Shown: positions 11,547 through 26,500 of the stretch, piece after piece
Layout: each line of letters opens with the position of its first letter
Numbering within the stretch: position 1 is the stretch's first letter
Source of the DNA: the human T2T-CHM13v2.0 reference genome, Homo sapiens
DNA: 64,000 nucleotides
Reading direction: 5' to 3' (one strand)
Assembly: GCF_009914755.1 (NCBI RefSeq)
Contig: NC_060936.1
Notes under the pieces: model-generated
The model's database searches: none
Seen by the model: the letters and a program-made list of their open reading frames with translations, nothing else
Told to the model about the DNA's origin: nothing
Translations under genes and position numbers: made by a program

Positions 11547-14500
11547 GATATTTCCTTTTCTACATTTGGCCTAAAAGCGCTTGAAATCTCCACCTGCAAA
11601 TATCACAAAAAGAGGGTTTCACATCTGCTCTGTCTAAAGGACAGTTCACCTCTGTGAGTTGAATAGAGGCAACACAAAGAACTTACTCAGTATTCTTCTT
11701 TCTAGCGTTCTATGAAGAAATCCCGTTTCCAACGAAGGCCTCAAAGAGGTCAAATATCTGCTTGCAGACTTTACAGACAGAGTGTTTCCAAACTACTCTA
11801 TGAAAAGAAAGCTTAAACTCCTTGAGTTGAACGCACACATCACAAAGTAGTTTCTGAGAATGATTCTGTCTAGTTTTTATACGAAGATGTTTCCTTTTCT
11901 ACATTTGGTCTCAAAGCGATTGAAATCTCCAACTGGAAACTGCACAAATAGGCTGTTTCAAATCTGCTCTGTCTAAAGGAAGGTTCAACTCTGTGAGTTG
12001 AATACACACACCACAAATAAGTTACTGAGAATTCTTCTGTCGAACATTACTTGAAGAAATCCCGTTTCCAACGAAGGCCTCAAAGAGGTCCAAATATCCA
12101 CTTGCAGACATTACAAACAGAGTGTTTCCAAACTGCTCCATCAAAAGAAAGGTTAAACTCTGTGAGCTGAACACACACATCAAAAAGAAGTTTCTGTGAA
12201 TGATTCTGTCTAGATTTTATAAGAAGATGTTTCCTTTTCTACCGTAGGCCTCAAAGCGCTTGAAATCTCCAGCTGCAAATTCCACAAAAAGGGTGTTTAA
12301 CATCTGCTCTTCTAAAGGAAAGTTCAACTCTATGAGTTGAATACACACAGCACAAAGAAGTTACTGAGACTTCTCCTATCAAACATTATATGAAGAAATC
12401 CCGTTTCCAACGAAGGCCTCAAAGAGGTCCAAATATCTGCTTGCAGACTTTACAGACAGAGTGTTTCCAAACTGCTCCATCAAAAGAAAGGTTAAACTCC
12501 TTGAGTTGAACACACACATCACAAAGTAGTTTCTGTGAATGATTCTGTCTAGTTTTTATACGAAGATGTTTCCTTTTCTACCTTTGGTCTCAAAGCGATT
12601 GAAATCTCCACATGGAAACTCCACAAAAAGAGTGTTTCAAATCTGCTCTTTCTGAAGGAAGGTTCAACTCTGTGAGTTGAATACACACACCACAAATAAG
12701 TTACTGAGAATTCTTCTGTGTAACATTATATGAGGAAATCCCGTTTCCAACGAAGGCCTCAAAGAGGTCCAAATATCCACTTGCAGACTTTACAAAGACA
12801 GTGTCTCCAAACTCCTCCATCAAAAGAAAGGTTATACTCTGTGAATTGAACGCACACATCACAAAGTAGTTTCTGAGAATGATTCTGTCTAGTTTTTATA
12901 CGAAGATATTTCCTTTTCTACATTTGGCCTAAAAGCGCTTGAAATCTCCACCTGCAAATATCACAAAAAGAGGGTTTCACATCTGCTCTGTCTAAAGGAC
13001 AGTTCACCTCTGTGAGTTGAATAGAGGCAACACAAAGAACTTACTCAGTATTCTTCTTTCCAGCGTTCTATGAAGAAATCCCGTTTCCAACGAAGGCCTC
13101 AAAGAGGTCAAATATCTGCTTGCAGACTTTACAGACAGAGTGTTTCCAAACTACTCTATGAAAAGAAAGCTTAAACTCCTTGAGTTGAACGCACACATCA
13201 CAAAGTAGTTTCTGAGAATGATTCTGTCTAGTTTTTATACGAAGATGTTTCCCTTTCTACATTTGGTCTCAAAGCGATTGAAATCTCCAACTGGAAACTG
13301 CACAAATAGGCTGTTTCAAATCTGCTCTGTCTAAAGGAAGGTTCAACTCTGTGAGTTGAATACACACACCACAAATAAGTTACTGAGAATTCTTCTGTCG
13401 AACATTAGAGGAAGAAATCCCGTTTCCAACGAAGGCCTCAAAGAGGTCCAAATATCCACTTGCAGACATTACAAACAGTGTGTTTCCCAACTGCTCCATC
13501 AAAAGAAAGGTTAAACTCTGTGAGCTGAACACACACATCAAAAAGAAGTTTCTGTGAATGATTCTGTCTAGATTTTATAAGAAGATGTTTCCTTTTCTAC
13601 CGTAGGCCTCAAAGCGCTTGAAATCTCCAGCTGCAAATTCCACAAAAAGGGTGTTTAACATCTGCTCTTCTAAAGGAAAGTTCAACTCTGTGAGTTGAAT
13701 ACACACAGCACAAAGAAGTTACTGAGACTTCTCCTATCAAACATTATATGAAGAAATCCCGTTTCCAACGAAGGCCTCAAAGAGGTCCAAATATCTGCTT
13801 GCAGACTTTACAGACAGAGTGTTTCCAAACTGCTCCATCAAAAGAAAGGTTAAACTCCTTGAGTTGAACACACACATCACAAAGTAGTTTCTGTGAATGT
13901 TTCTGTCTAGTTTTTATACGAAGATGTTTCCTTTTCTACCTTTGGTCTCAAAGCGATTGAAATCTCCACATGGAAACTCCACAAAAAGAGTGTTTCAAAT
14001 CTGCTCTTTCTGAAGGAAGGTTCAACTCTGCGAGTTGAATACACACACCACAAATAAGTTACTGAGAATTCTTCTGTGTAACATTATATGAGGAAATCCC
14101 GTTTCCAACGAAGGCCTCAAAGAGGTCCAAATATCCACTTGCAGACTTTACAAAGACAGTGTCTCCAAACTCCTCCATCAAAAGAAAGGTTATACTCTGT
14201 GAATTGAACGCACACATCACAAAGTAGTTTCTGAGAATGATTCTGTCTAGTTTTTATACGAAGATATTTCCTTTTCTACATTTGGCCTAAAAGCGCTTGA
14301 AATCTCCACCTGCAAATATCACAAAAAGAGGGTTTCACATCTGCTCTGTCTAAAGGACAGTTCACCTCTGTGAGTTGAATAGAGGCAACACAAAGAACTT
14401 ACTCAGTATTCTTCTTTCTAGCATTCTATGAAGAAATCCCGTTTCCAACGAAGGCCCCAAAGAGGTCCAAATATCTGCTTGCAGACTTTACAGACAGAGT

Positions 14501-17500
14501 TTTTCCAAACTGCTCCATCAAAAGAAAGGTTAAACTCCTTGAGTTGAACACACACATCACAAAGTAGTTTCTGTGAATGATTCTGTCTAGTTTTTATAAG
14601 AAGATGTTTCCTTTTCTACCTTTGGTCTCAAAGCGATTGAAATCTCCACATGGAAACTCCACAAAAAGAGTGTTTCAAATCTGCTCTTTCTGAAGGAAGG
14701 TTCAACTCTGTGAGTTGAATACACACACCACAAATAAGTTACTGAGAATTCTTCTGTGTAACATTATATGAGGAAATCCCGTTTCCAACGAAGGCCTCAA
14801 AGAGGTCCAAATATCCACTTGCAGACTTTACAAAGACAGTGTCTCCAAACTCCTCCATCAAAAGAAAGGTTATACTCTGTGAATTGAACGCACACATCAC
14901 AAAGTAGTTTCTGAGAATGATTCTGTCTAGTTTTTATACGAAGATATTTCCTTTTCTACATTTGGCCTAAAAGCGCTTGAAATCTCCACCTGCAAATATC
15001 ACAAAAAGAGGGTTTCACATCTGCTCTGTCTAAAGGACAGTTCACCTCTGTGAGTTGAATAGAGGCAACACAAAGAACTTACTCAGTATTCTTCTTTCTA
15101 GCGTTCTATGAAGAAATCCCGTTTCCAACGAAGGCCTCAAAGAGGTCAAATATCTGCTTGCAGACTTTACAGACAGAGTGTTTCCAAACTACTCTATGAA
15201 AAGAAAGCTTAAACTCCTTGAGTTGAACGCACACATCACAAAGTAGTTTCTGAGAATGATTCTGTCTAGTTTTTATACGAAGATGTTTCCCTTTCTACAT
15301 TTGGTCTCAAAGCGATTGAAATCTCCAACTGCAAACTGCACAAATAGGCTGTTTCAAATCTGCTCTGTCTAAAGGAAGGTTCAACTCTGTGAGTTGAATA
15401 CACACACCACAAATAAGTTACTGAGAATTCTTCTGTCGAACATTACAGGAAGAAATCCCGTTTCCAACGAAGGCCTCAAAGAGGTCCAAATATCCACTTG
15501 CAGACATTACAAACAGTGTGTTTCCCAACTGCTCCATCAAAAGAAAGGTTAAACTCTGTGAGCTGAACACACACATCAAAAAGAAGTTTCTGTGAATGAT
15601 TCTGTCTAGATTTTATAAGAAGATGTTTCCTTTTCTACCGTAGGCCTCAAAGCGCTTGAAATCTCCAGCTGCAAATTACACAAAAAGGGTGTTTAACATC
15701 TGCTCTTCTAAAGGAAAGTTCAACTCTATGAGTTGATTACACACAGCACAAAGAAGTTACTGAGACTTCTCCTATCAAACATTATATGAAGAAATCCCGT
15801 TTCCAACGAAGGCCTCAAAGAGGTCCAAATATCTGCTTGCAGACTTTACAGACAGTGTGTTTCCAAACTGCTCCATCAAAAGAAAGGTTAAACTCCTTGA
15901 GTTGAACACACACATCACAAAGTAGTTTCTGTGAATGATTCTGTCTAGTTTTTATACGAAGATGTTTGCTTTTCTACCTTTGGCCTCAAAGCGATTGAAA
16001 TCTCCACATGGAAACTCCACAAAAAGAGTGTTTCAAATCTGCTCTTTCTGAAGGAAGGTTCAACTCTGTGAGTTGAATACACACACCACAAATAAGTTAC
16101 TGAGAATTCTTCTGTGTAACATTATATGAGGAAATCCCGTTTCCAACGAAGGCCTCAAAGAGGTCCAAATATCCACTTGCAGACTTTACAAAGACAGTGT
16201 CTCCAAACTCCTCCATCAAAAGAAAGGTTATACTCTGTGAATTGAACGCACACATCACAAAGTAGTTTCTGAGAATGATTCTGTCTAGTTTTTATACGAA
16301 GATATTTCCTTTTCTACATTTGGCCTAAAAGCGCTTGAAATCTCCACCTGCAAATATCACAAAAAGAGGGTTTCACATCTGCTCTGTCTAAAGGACAGTT
16401 CACCTCTGTGAGTTGAATAGAGGCAACACAAAGAACTTACTCAGTATTCTTCTTTCTAGCATTCTATGAAGAAATCCCATTTCCAACGAAGGCCCCAAAG
16501 AGGTCCAAATATCTGCCTGCAGACTTTACAGACAGAGTTTTTCCAAACTGCTCCATCAAAAGAAAGGTTAAACTCCTTGAGTTGAACACACACATCACAA
16601 AGTAGTTTCTGTGAATGATTCTGTCTAGTTTTTATACGAAGATGTTTCCTTTTCTACCTTTGGTCTCAAAGCGATTGAAATCTCCACATGGAAACTCCAC
16701 AAAAAGAGTGTTTCAAATCTGCTCTTTCTTAAGGAAGGTTCAACTCTGTGAATTGAATACACACACCACAAATAAGTTACTGAGAATTCTTCTGTGTAAC
16801 ATTATATGAGGAAATCCCGTTTGCAACGAAGGCCTCAAAGAGGTCCAAATATCCACTTGCAGACTTTACAAAGACAGTGTCTCCAAACTCCTCCATCAAA
16901 AGAAAGGTTATACTCTGTGAATTGAACGCACACATCACAAAGTAGTTTCTGAGAATGATTCTGTCTAGTTTTTATACGAAGATATTTCCTTTTCTATATT
17001 TGGCCTAAAAGCGCTTGAAATCTCCACCTGCAAATATCACAAAAAGAGGGTTTCACATCTGCTCTGTCTAAAGGACAGTTCACCTCTGTGAGTTGAATAG
17101 AGGCAACACAAAGAACTTACTCAGTATTCTTCTTTCTAGCGTTATATGAAGAAATCCCGTTTCCAACGAAGGCCTCAAAGAGGTCAAATATCTGCTTGCA
17201 GACTTTACAGACAGAGTGTTTCCAAACTACTCTATGAAAAGAAAGCTTAAACTCCTTGAGTTGAACGCACACATCACAAAGTAGTTTCTGAGAATGATTC
17301 TGTCTAGTTTTTATACGAAGATGTTTCCTTTTCTACATTTGGTCTCAAAGCGATTGAAATCTCCAACTGGAAACTGCACAAATAGGCTGTTTCAAATCTG
17401 CTCTGTCTAAAGGAAGGTTCAGCTCTGTGAGTTGAATACACACACCACAAATAAGTTACTGAGAATTCTTCTGTCGAACATTACTTGAAGAAATCCCGTT

Positions 17501-20500
17501 TCCAACGAAGGCCTCAAAGAGGTCCAAATATCCACTTGCAGACATTACAAACAGAGTGTTTCCAAACTGCTCCATCAAAAGAAAGGTTAAACTCTGTGAG
17601 CTGAACACACACATCAAAAAGAAGTTTCTGTGAATGATTCTGTCTAGATTTTATAAGAAGATGTTTCCTTTTCTACCGTAGGCCTCAAAGCGCTTGAAAT
17701 CTCCAGCTGCAAATTCCACAAAAAGGGTGTTTAACATCTGCTCTTCTAAAGGAAAGTTCAACTCTATGAGTTGAATACACACAGCACAAAGAAGTTACTG
17801 AGACTTCTCCTATCAAACATTATATGAAGAAATCCCGTTTCCAACGAAGGCCTCAAAGAGGTCCAAATATCTGCTTGCAGACTTTACAGACAGAGTGTTT
17901 CCAAACTGCTCCATCAAAAGAAAGGTTAAACTCCTTGAGTTGAACACACACATCACAAAGTAGTTTCTGTGAATGATTCTGTCTAGTTTTTATACGAAGA
18001 TGTTTCCTTTTCTACCTTTGGTCTCAAAGCGATTGAAATCTCCACATGGAAACTCCACAAAAAGAGTGTTTCAAATCTGCTCTTTCTGAAGGAAGGTTCA
18101 ACTCTGTGAGTTGAATACACACACCACAAATAAGTTACTGAGAATTCTTCTGTGTAACATTATATGAGGAAATCCCGTTTCCAACGAAGGCCTCAAAGAG
18201 GTCCAAATATCCACTTGCAGACTTTACAAAGACAGTGTCTCCAAACTCCTCCATCAAAAGAAAGGTTATACTCTGTGAATTGAACGCACACATCACAAAG
18301 TAGTTTCTGAGAATGATTCTGTCTAGTTTTTATACGAAGATATTTCCTTTTCTACATTTGGCCTAAAACCGCTTGAAATCTCCACCTGCAAATATCACAA
18401 AAAGAGGGTTTCACATCTGCTCTGTCTAAAGGACAGTTCACCTCTGTGAGTTGAATAGAGGCAACACAAAGAACTTACTCAGTATTCTTCTTTCTAGCGT
18501 TCTATGAAGAAATCCCGTTTCCAACGAAGGCCTCAAAGAGGTCAAATATCTGCTTGCAGACTTTACAGACAGAGTGTTTCCAAACTACTCTATGAAAAGA
18601 AAGCTTAAACTCCTTGAGTTGAACGCACACATCACAAAGTAGTTTCTGAGAATGATTCTGTCTAGTTTTTATACGAAGATGTTTCCTTTTCTACATTTGG
18701 TCTCAAAGCGATTGAAATCTCCAACTGGAAACTGCACAAATAGGCTGTTTCAAATCTGCTCTGTCTAAAGGAAGGTTCAACTCTGTGAGTTGAATACACA
18801 CACCACAAATAAGTTACTGAGAATTCTTCTGTCGAACATTACTTGAAGAAATCCCGTTTCCAACGAAGGCCTCAAAGAGGTCCAAATATCCACTTGCAGA
18901 CATTACAAACAGAGTGTTTCCAAACTGCTCCATCAAAAGAAAGGTTAAACTCTGTGAGCTGAACACACACATCAAAAAGAAGTTTCTGTGAATGATTCTG
19001 TCTAGATTTTATAAGAAGATGTTTCCTTTTCTACCGTAGGCCTCAAAGCGCTTGAAATCTCCAGCTGCAAATTCCACAAAAAGGGTGTTTAACATCTGCT
19101 CTTCTAAAGGAAAGTTCAACTCTATGAGTTGAATACACACAGCACAAAGAAGTTACTGAGACTTCTCCTATCAAACATTATATGAAGAAATCCCGTTTCC
19201 AACGAAGGCCTCAAAGAGGTCCAAATATCTGCTTGCAGACTTTACAGACAGAGTGTTTCCAAACTGCTCCATCAAAAGAAAGGTTAAACTCCTTGAGTTG
19301 AACACACACATCACAAAGTAGTTTCTGTGAATGATTCTGTCTAGTTTTTATACGAAGATGTTTCCTTTTCTACCTTTGGTCTCAAAGCGATTGAAATCTC
19401 CACATGGAAACTCCACAAAAAGAGTGTTTCAAATCTGCTCTTTCTGAAGGAAGGTTCAACTCTGTGAGTTGAATACACACACCACAAATAAGTTACTGAG
19501 AATTCTTCTGTGTAACATTATATGAGGAAATCCCGTTTCCAACGAAGGCCTCAAAGAGGTCCAAATATCCACTTGCAGACTTTACAAAGACAGTGTCTCC
19601 AAACTCCTCCATCAAAAGAAAGGTTATACTCTGTGAATTGAACGCACACATCACAAAGTAGTTTCTGAGAATGATTCTGTCTAGTTTTTATACGAAGATA
19701 TTTCCTTTTCTACATTTGGCCTAAAAGCGCTTGAAATCTCCACCTGCAAATATCACAAAAAGAGGGTTTCACATCTGCTCTGTCTAAAGGACAGTTCACC
19801 TCTGTGAGTTGAATAGAGGCAACACAAAGAACTTACTCAGTATTCTTCTTTCCAGCGTTCTATGAAGAAATCCCGTTTCCAACGAAGGCCTCAAAGAGGT
19901 CAAATATCTGCTTGCAGACTTTACAGACAGAGTGTTTCCAAACTACTCTATGAAAAGAAAGCTTAAACTCCTTGAGTTGAACGCACACATCACAAAGTAG
20001 TTTCTGAGAATGATTCTGTCTAGTTTTTATACGAAGATGTTTCCCTTTCTACATTTGGTCTCAAAGCGATTGAAATCTCCAACTGGAAACTGCACAAATA
20101 GGCTGTTTCAAATCTGCTCTGTCTAAAGGAAGGTTCAACTCTGTGAGTTGAATACACACACCACAAATAAGTTACTGAGAATTCTTCTGTCGAACATTAG
20201 AGGAAGAAATCCCGTTTCCAACGAAGGCCTCAAAGAGGTCCAAATATCCACTTGCAGACATTACAAACAGTGTGTTTCCCAACTGCTCCATCAAAAGAAA
20301 GGTTAAACTCTGTGAGCTGAACACACACATCAAAAAGAAGTTTCTGTGAATGATTCTGTCTAGATTTTATAAGAAGATGTTTCCTTTTCTACCGTAGGCC
20401 TCAAAGCGCTTGAAATCTCCAGCTGCAAATTCCACAAAAAGGGTGTTTAACATCTGCTCTTCTAAAGGAAAGTTCAACTCTGTGAGTTGAATACACACAG

Positions 20501-23500
20501 CACAAAGAAGTTACTGAGACTTCTCCTATCAAACATTATATGAAGAAATCCCGTTTCCAACGAAGGCCTCAAAGAGGTCCAAATATCTGCTTGCAGACTT
20601 TACAGACAGAGTGTTTCCAAACTGCTCCATCAAAAGAAAGGTTAAACTCCTTGAGTTGAACACACACATCACAAAGTAGTTTCTGTGAATGTTTCTGTCT
20701 AGTTTTTATACGAAGATGTTTCCTTTTCTACCTTTGGTCTCAAAGCGATTGAAATCTCCACATGGAAACTCCACAAAAAGAGTGTTTCAAATCTGCTCTT
20801 TCTGAAGGAAGGTTCAACTCTGTGAGTTGAATACACACACCACAAATAAGTTACTGAGAATTCTTCTGTGTAACATTATATGAGGAAATCCCGTTTCCAA
20901 CGAAGGCCTCAAAGAGGTCCAAATATCCACTTGCAGACTTTACAAAGACAGTGTCTCCAAACTCCTCCATCAAAAGAAAGGTTATACTCTGTGAATTGAA
21001 CGCACACATCACAAAGTAGTTTCTGAGAATGATTCTGTCTAGTTTTTATGCGAAGATATTTCCTTTTCTACATTTGGCCTAAAAGCGCTTGAAATCTCCA
21101 CCTGCAAATATCACAAAAAGAGGGTTTCACATCTGCTCTGTCTAAAGGACAGTTCACCTCTGTGAGTTGAATAGAGGCAACACAAAGAACTTACTCAGTA
21201 TTCTTCTTTCTAGCATTCTATGAAGAAATCCCGTTTCCAACGAAGGCCCCAAAGAGGTCCAAATATCTGCTTGCAGACTTTACAGACAGAGTTTTTCCAA
21301 ACTGCTCCATCAAAAGAAAGGTTAAACTCCTTGAGTTGAACACACACATCACAAAGTAGTTTCTGTGAATGATTCTGTCTAGTTTTTATAAGAAGATGTT
21401 TCCTTTTCTACCTTTGGTCTCAAAGCGATTGAAATCTCCACATGGAAACTCCACAAAAAGAGTGTTTCAAATCTGCTCTTTCTGAAGGAAGGTTCAACTC
21501 TGTGAGTTGAATACACACACCACAAATAAGTTACTGAGAATTCTTCTGTGTAACATTATATGAGGAAATCCCGTTTCCAACGAAGGCCTCAAAGAGGTCC
21601 AAATATCCACTTGCAGACTTTACAAAGACAGTGTCTCCAAACTCCTCCATCAAAAGAAAGGTTATACTCTGTGAATTGAACGCACACATCACAAAGTAGT
21701 TTCTGAGAATGATTCTGTCTAGTTTTTATACGAAGATATTTCCTTTTCTACATTTGGCCTAAAAGCGCTTGAAATCTCCACCTGCAAATATCACAAAAAG
21801 AGGGTTTCGCATCTACTCTGTCTAAAGGACAGTTCACCTCTGTGAGTTGAATAGAGGCAACACAAAGAACTTACTCAGTATTCTTCTTTCTAGCGTTCTA
21901 TGAAGAAATCCCGTTTCCAACGAAGGCCTCAAAGAGGTCAAATATCTGCTTGCAGACTTTACAGACAGAGTGTTTCCAAACTACTCTATGAAAAGAAAGC
22001 TTAAACTCCTTGAGTTGAACGCACACATCACAAAGTAGTTTCTGAGAATGATTCTGTCTAGTTTTTATACGAAGATGTTTCCCTTTCTACATTTGGTCTC
22101 AAAGCGATTGAAATCTCCAACTGCAAACTGCACAAATAGGCTGTTTCAAATCTGCTCTGTCTAAAGGAAGGTTCAACTCTGTGAGTTGAATACACACACC
22201 ACAAATAAGTTACTGAGAATTCTTCTGTCGAACATTACAGGAAGAAATCCCGTTTCCAACGAAGGCCTCAAAGAGGTCCAAATATCCACTTGCAGACATT
22301 ACAAACAGTGTGTTTCCCAACTGCTCCATCAAAAGAAAGGTTAAACTCTGTGAGCTGAACACACACATCAAAAAGAAGTTTCTGTGAATGATTCTGTCTA
22401 GATTTTATAAGAAGATGTTTCCTTTTCTACCGTAGGCCTCAAAGCGCTTGAAATCTCCAGCTGCAAATTACACAAAAAGGGTGTTTAACATCTGCTCTTC
22501 TAAAGGAAAGTTCAACTCTATGAGTTGATTACACACAGCACAAAGAAGTTACTGAGACTTCTCCTATCAAACATTATATGAAGAAATCCCGTTTCCAACG
22601 AAGGCCTCAAAGAGGTCCAAATATCTGCTTGCAGACTTTACAGACAGTGTGTTTCCAAACTGCTCCATCAAAAGAAAGGTTAAACTCCTTGAGTTGAACA
22701 CACACATCACAAAGTAGTTTCTGTGAATGATTCTGTCTAGTTTTTATACGAAGATGTTTGCTTTTGTACCTTTGGCCTCAAAGCGATTGAAATCTCCACA
22801 TGGAAACTCCACAAAAAGAGTGTTTCAAATCTGCTCTTTCTGAAGGAAGGTTCAACTCTGTGAGTTGAATACACACACCACAAATAAGTTACTGAGAATT
22901 CTTCTGTGTAACATTATATGAGGAAATCCCGTTTCCAACGAAGGCCTCAAAGAGGTCCAAATATCCACTTGCAGACTTTACAAAGACAGTGTCTCCAAAC
23001 TCCTCCATCAAAAGAAAGGTTATACTCTGTGAATTGAACGCACACATCACAAAGTAGTTTCTGAGAATGATTCTGTCTAGTTTTTATACGAAGATATTTC
23101 CTTTTCTACATTTGGCCTAAAAGCGCTTGAAATCTCCACATGCAAATATCACAAAAAGAGGGTTTCACATCTGCTCTGTCTAAAGGACAGTTCACCTCTG
23201 TGAGTTGAATAGAGGCAACACAAAGAACTTACTCAGTATTCTTCTTTCTAGCATTCTATGAAGAAATCCCATTTCCAACGAAGGCCCCAAAGAGGTCCAA
23301 ATATCTGCCTGCAGACTTTACAGACAGAGTTTTTCCAAACTGCTCCATCAAAAGAAAGGTTAAACTCCTTGAGTTGAACACACACATCACAAAGTAGTTT
23401 CTGTGAATGATTCTGTCTAGTTTTTATACGAAGATGTTTCCTTTTCTACCTTTGGTCTCAAAGCGATTGAAATCTCCACATGGAAACTCCACAAAAAGAG

Positions 23501-26500
23501 TGTTTCAAATCTGCTCTTTCTTAAGGAAGGTTCAACTCTGTGAGTTGAATACACACACCACAAATAAGTTACTGAGAATTCTTCTGTGTAACATTATATG
23601 AGGAAATCCCGTTTCCAACGAAGGCCTCAAAGAGGTCCAAATATCCACTTGCAGACTTTACACAGACAGTGTCTCCAAACTCCTCCATCAAAAGAAAGGT
23701 TATACTCTGTGAATTGAACGCACACATCACAAAGTAGTTTCTGAGAATGATTCTGTCTAGTTTTTATACGAAGATATTTCCTTTTCTATATTTGGCCTAA
23801 AAGCGCTTGAAATCTCCACCTGCAAATATCACAAAAAGAGGGTTTCACATCTGCTCTGTCTAAAGGACAGTTCACCTCTGTGAGTTGAATAGAGGCAACA
23901 CAAAGAACTTACTCAGTATTCTTCTTTCTAGCGTTATATGAAGAAATCCCGTTTCCAACGAAGGCCTCAAAGAGGTCAAATATCTGCTTGCAGACTTTAC
24001 AGACAGAGTGTTTCCAAACTACTCTATGAAAAGAAAGCTTAAACTCCTTGAGTTGAACGCACACATCACAAAGTAGTTTCTGAGAATGATTCTGTCTAGT
24101 TTTTATACGAAGATGTTTCCTTTTCTACATTTGGTCTCAAAGCGATTGAAATCTCCAACTGGAAACTGCACAAATAGGCTGTTTCAAATCTGCTCTGTCT
24201 AAAGGAAGGTTCAGCTCTGTGAGTTGAATACACACACCACAAATAAGTTACTGAGAATTCTTCTGTCGAAAATTACTTGAAGAAATCCCGTTTCCAACGA
24301 AGGCCTCAAAGAGGTCCAAATATCCACTTGCAGACATTACAAACAGAGTGTTTCCAAACTGCTCCATCAAAAGAAAGGTTAAACTCTGTGAGCTGAACAC
24401 ACACATCAAAAAGAAGTTTCTGTGAATGATTCTGTCTAGATTTTATAAGAAGATGTTTCCTTTTCTACCGTAGGCCTCAAAGCGCTTGAAATCTCCAGCT
24501 GCAAATTCCACAAAAAGGGTGTTTAACATCTGCTCTTCTAAAGGAAAGTTCAACTCTATGAGTTGAATACACACAGCACAAAGAAGTTACTGAGACTTCT
24601 CCTATCAAACATTATATGAAGAAATCCCGTTTCCAACGAAGGCCTCAAAGAGGTCCAAATATCTGCTTGCAGACTTTACAGACAGAGTGTTTCCAAACTG
24701 CTCCATCAAAAGAAAGGTTAAACTCCTTGAGTTGAACACACACATCACAAAGTAGTTTCTGTGAATGATTCTGTCTAGTTTTTATACGAAGATGTTTCCT
24801 TTTCTACCTTTGGTCTCAAAGCGATTGAAATCTCCACATGGAAACTCCACAAAAAGAGTGTTTCAAATCTGCTCTTTCTGAAGGAAGGTTCAACTCTGTG
24901 AGTTGAATACACACACCACAAATAAGTTACTGAGAATTCTTCTGTGTAACATTATATGAGGAAATCCCGTTTCCAACGAAGGCCTCAAAGAGGTCCAAAT
25001 ATCCACTTGCAGACTTTACAAAGACAGTGTCTCCAAACTCCTCCATCAAAAGAAAGGTTATACTCTGTGAATTGAACGCACACATCACAAAGTAGTTTCT
25101 GAGAATGATTCTGTCTAGTTTTTATACGAAGATATTTCCTTTTCTACATTTGGCCTAAAAGCGCTTGAAATCTCCACCTGCAAATATCACAAAAAGAGGG
25201 TTTCACATCTGCTCTGTCTAAAGGACAGTTCACCTCTGTGAGTTGAATAGAGGCAACACAAAGAACTTACTCAGTATTCTTCTTTCCAGCGTTCTATGAA
25301 GAAATCCCGTTTCCAACGAAGGCCTCAAAGAGGTCAAATATCTGCTTGCAGACTTTACAGACAGAGTGTTTCCAAACTACTCTATGAAAAGAAAGCTTAA
25401 ACTCCTTGAGTTGAACGCACACATCACAAAGTAGTTTCTGAGAATGATTCTGTCTAGTTTTTATACGAAGATGTTTCCCTTTCTACATTTGGTCTCAAAG
25501 CGATTGAAATCTCCAACTGGAAACTGCACAAATAGGCTGTTTCAAATCTGCTCTGTCTAAAGGAAGGTTCAACTCTGTGAGTTGAATACACACACCACAA
25601 ATAAGTTACTGAGAATTCTTCTGTCGAACATTAGAGGAAGAAATCCCGTTTCCAACGAAGGCCTCAAAGAGGTCCAAATATCCACTTGCAGACATTACAA
25701 ACAGTGTGTTTCCCAACTGCTCCATCAAAAGAAAGGTTAAACTCTGTGAGCTGAACACACACATCAAAAAGAAGTTTCTGTGAATGATTCTGTCTAGATT
25801 TTATAAGAAGATGTTTCCTTTTCTACCGTAGGCCTCAAAGCGCTTGAAATCTCCAGCTGCAAATTCCACAAAAAGGGTGTTTAACATCTGCTCTTCTAAA
25901 GGAAAGTTCAACTCTGTGAGTTGAATACACACAGCACAAAGAAGTTACTGAGACTTCTCCTATCAAACATTATATGAAGAAATCCCGTTTCCAACGAAGG
26001 CCTCAAAGAGGTCCAAATATCTGCTTGCAGACTTTACAGACAGAGTGTTTCCAAACTGCTCCATCAAAAGAAAGGTTAAACTCCTTGAGTTGAACACACA
26101 CATCACAAAGTAGTTTCTGTGAATGTTTCTGTCTAGTTTTTATACGAAGATGTTTCCTTTTCTACCTTTGGTCTCAAAGCGATTGAAATCTCCACATGGA
26201 AACTCCACAAAAAGAGTGTTTCAAATCTGCTCTTTCTGAAGGAAGGTTCAACTCTGTGAGTTGAATACACACACCACAAATAAGTTACTGAGAATTCTTC
26301 TGTGTAACATTATATGAGGAAATCCCGTTTCCAACGAAGGCCTCAAAGAGGTCCAAATATCCACTTGCAGACTTTACAAAGACAGTGTCTCCAAACTCCT
26401 CCATCAAAAGAAAGGTTATACTCTGTGAATTGAACGCACACATCACAAAGTAGTTTCTGAGAATGATTCTGTCTAGTTTTTATACGAAGATATTTCCTTT

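Noticed and set aside
16615-16809. 64-aa ORF (and copies at 23407, 28841, 38351) as a protein-coding gene
   Set aside because: It is a translation of satellite sequence opened by one TGA-to-TTA change. It has no recognisable domain or gene context, and the same frame is stopped in the other D dimers.
16815-16831. Variant CENP-B box tcccgtttGcaacgaag as a non-functional box
   Set aside because: The change is at position 9 of the 17-mer, outside the nine core nucleotides, so binding is probably retained.
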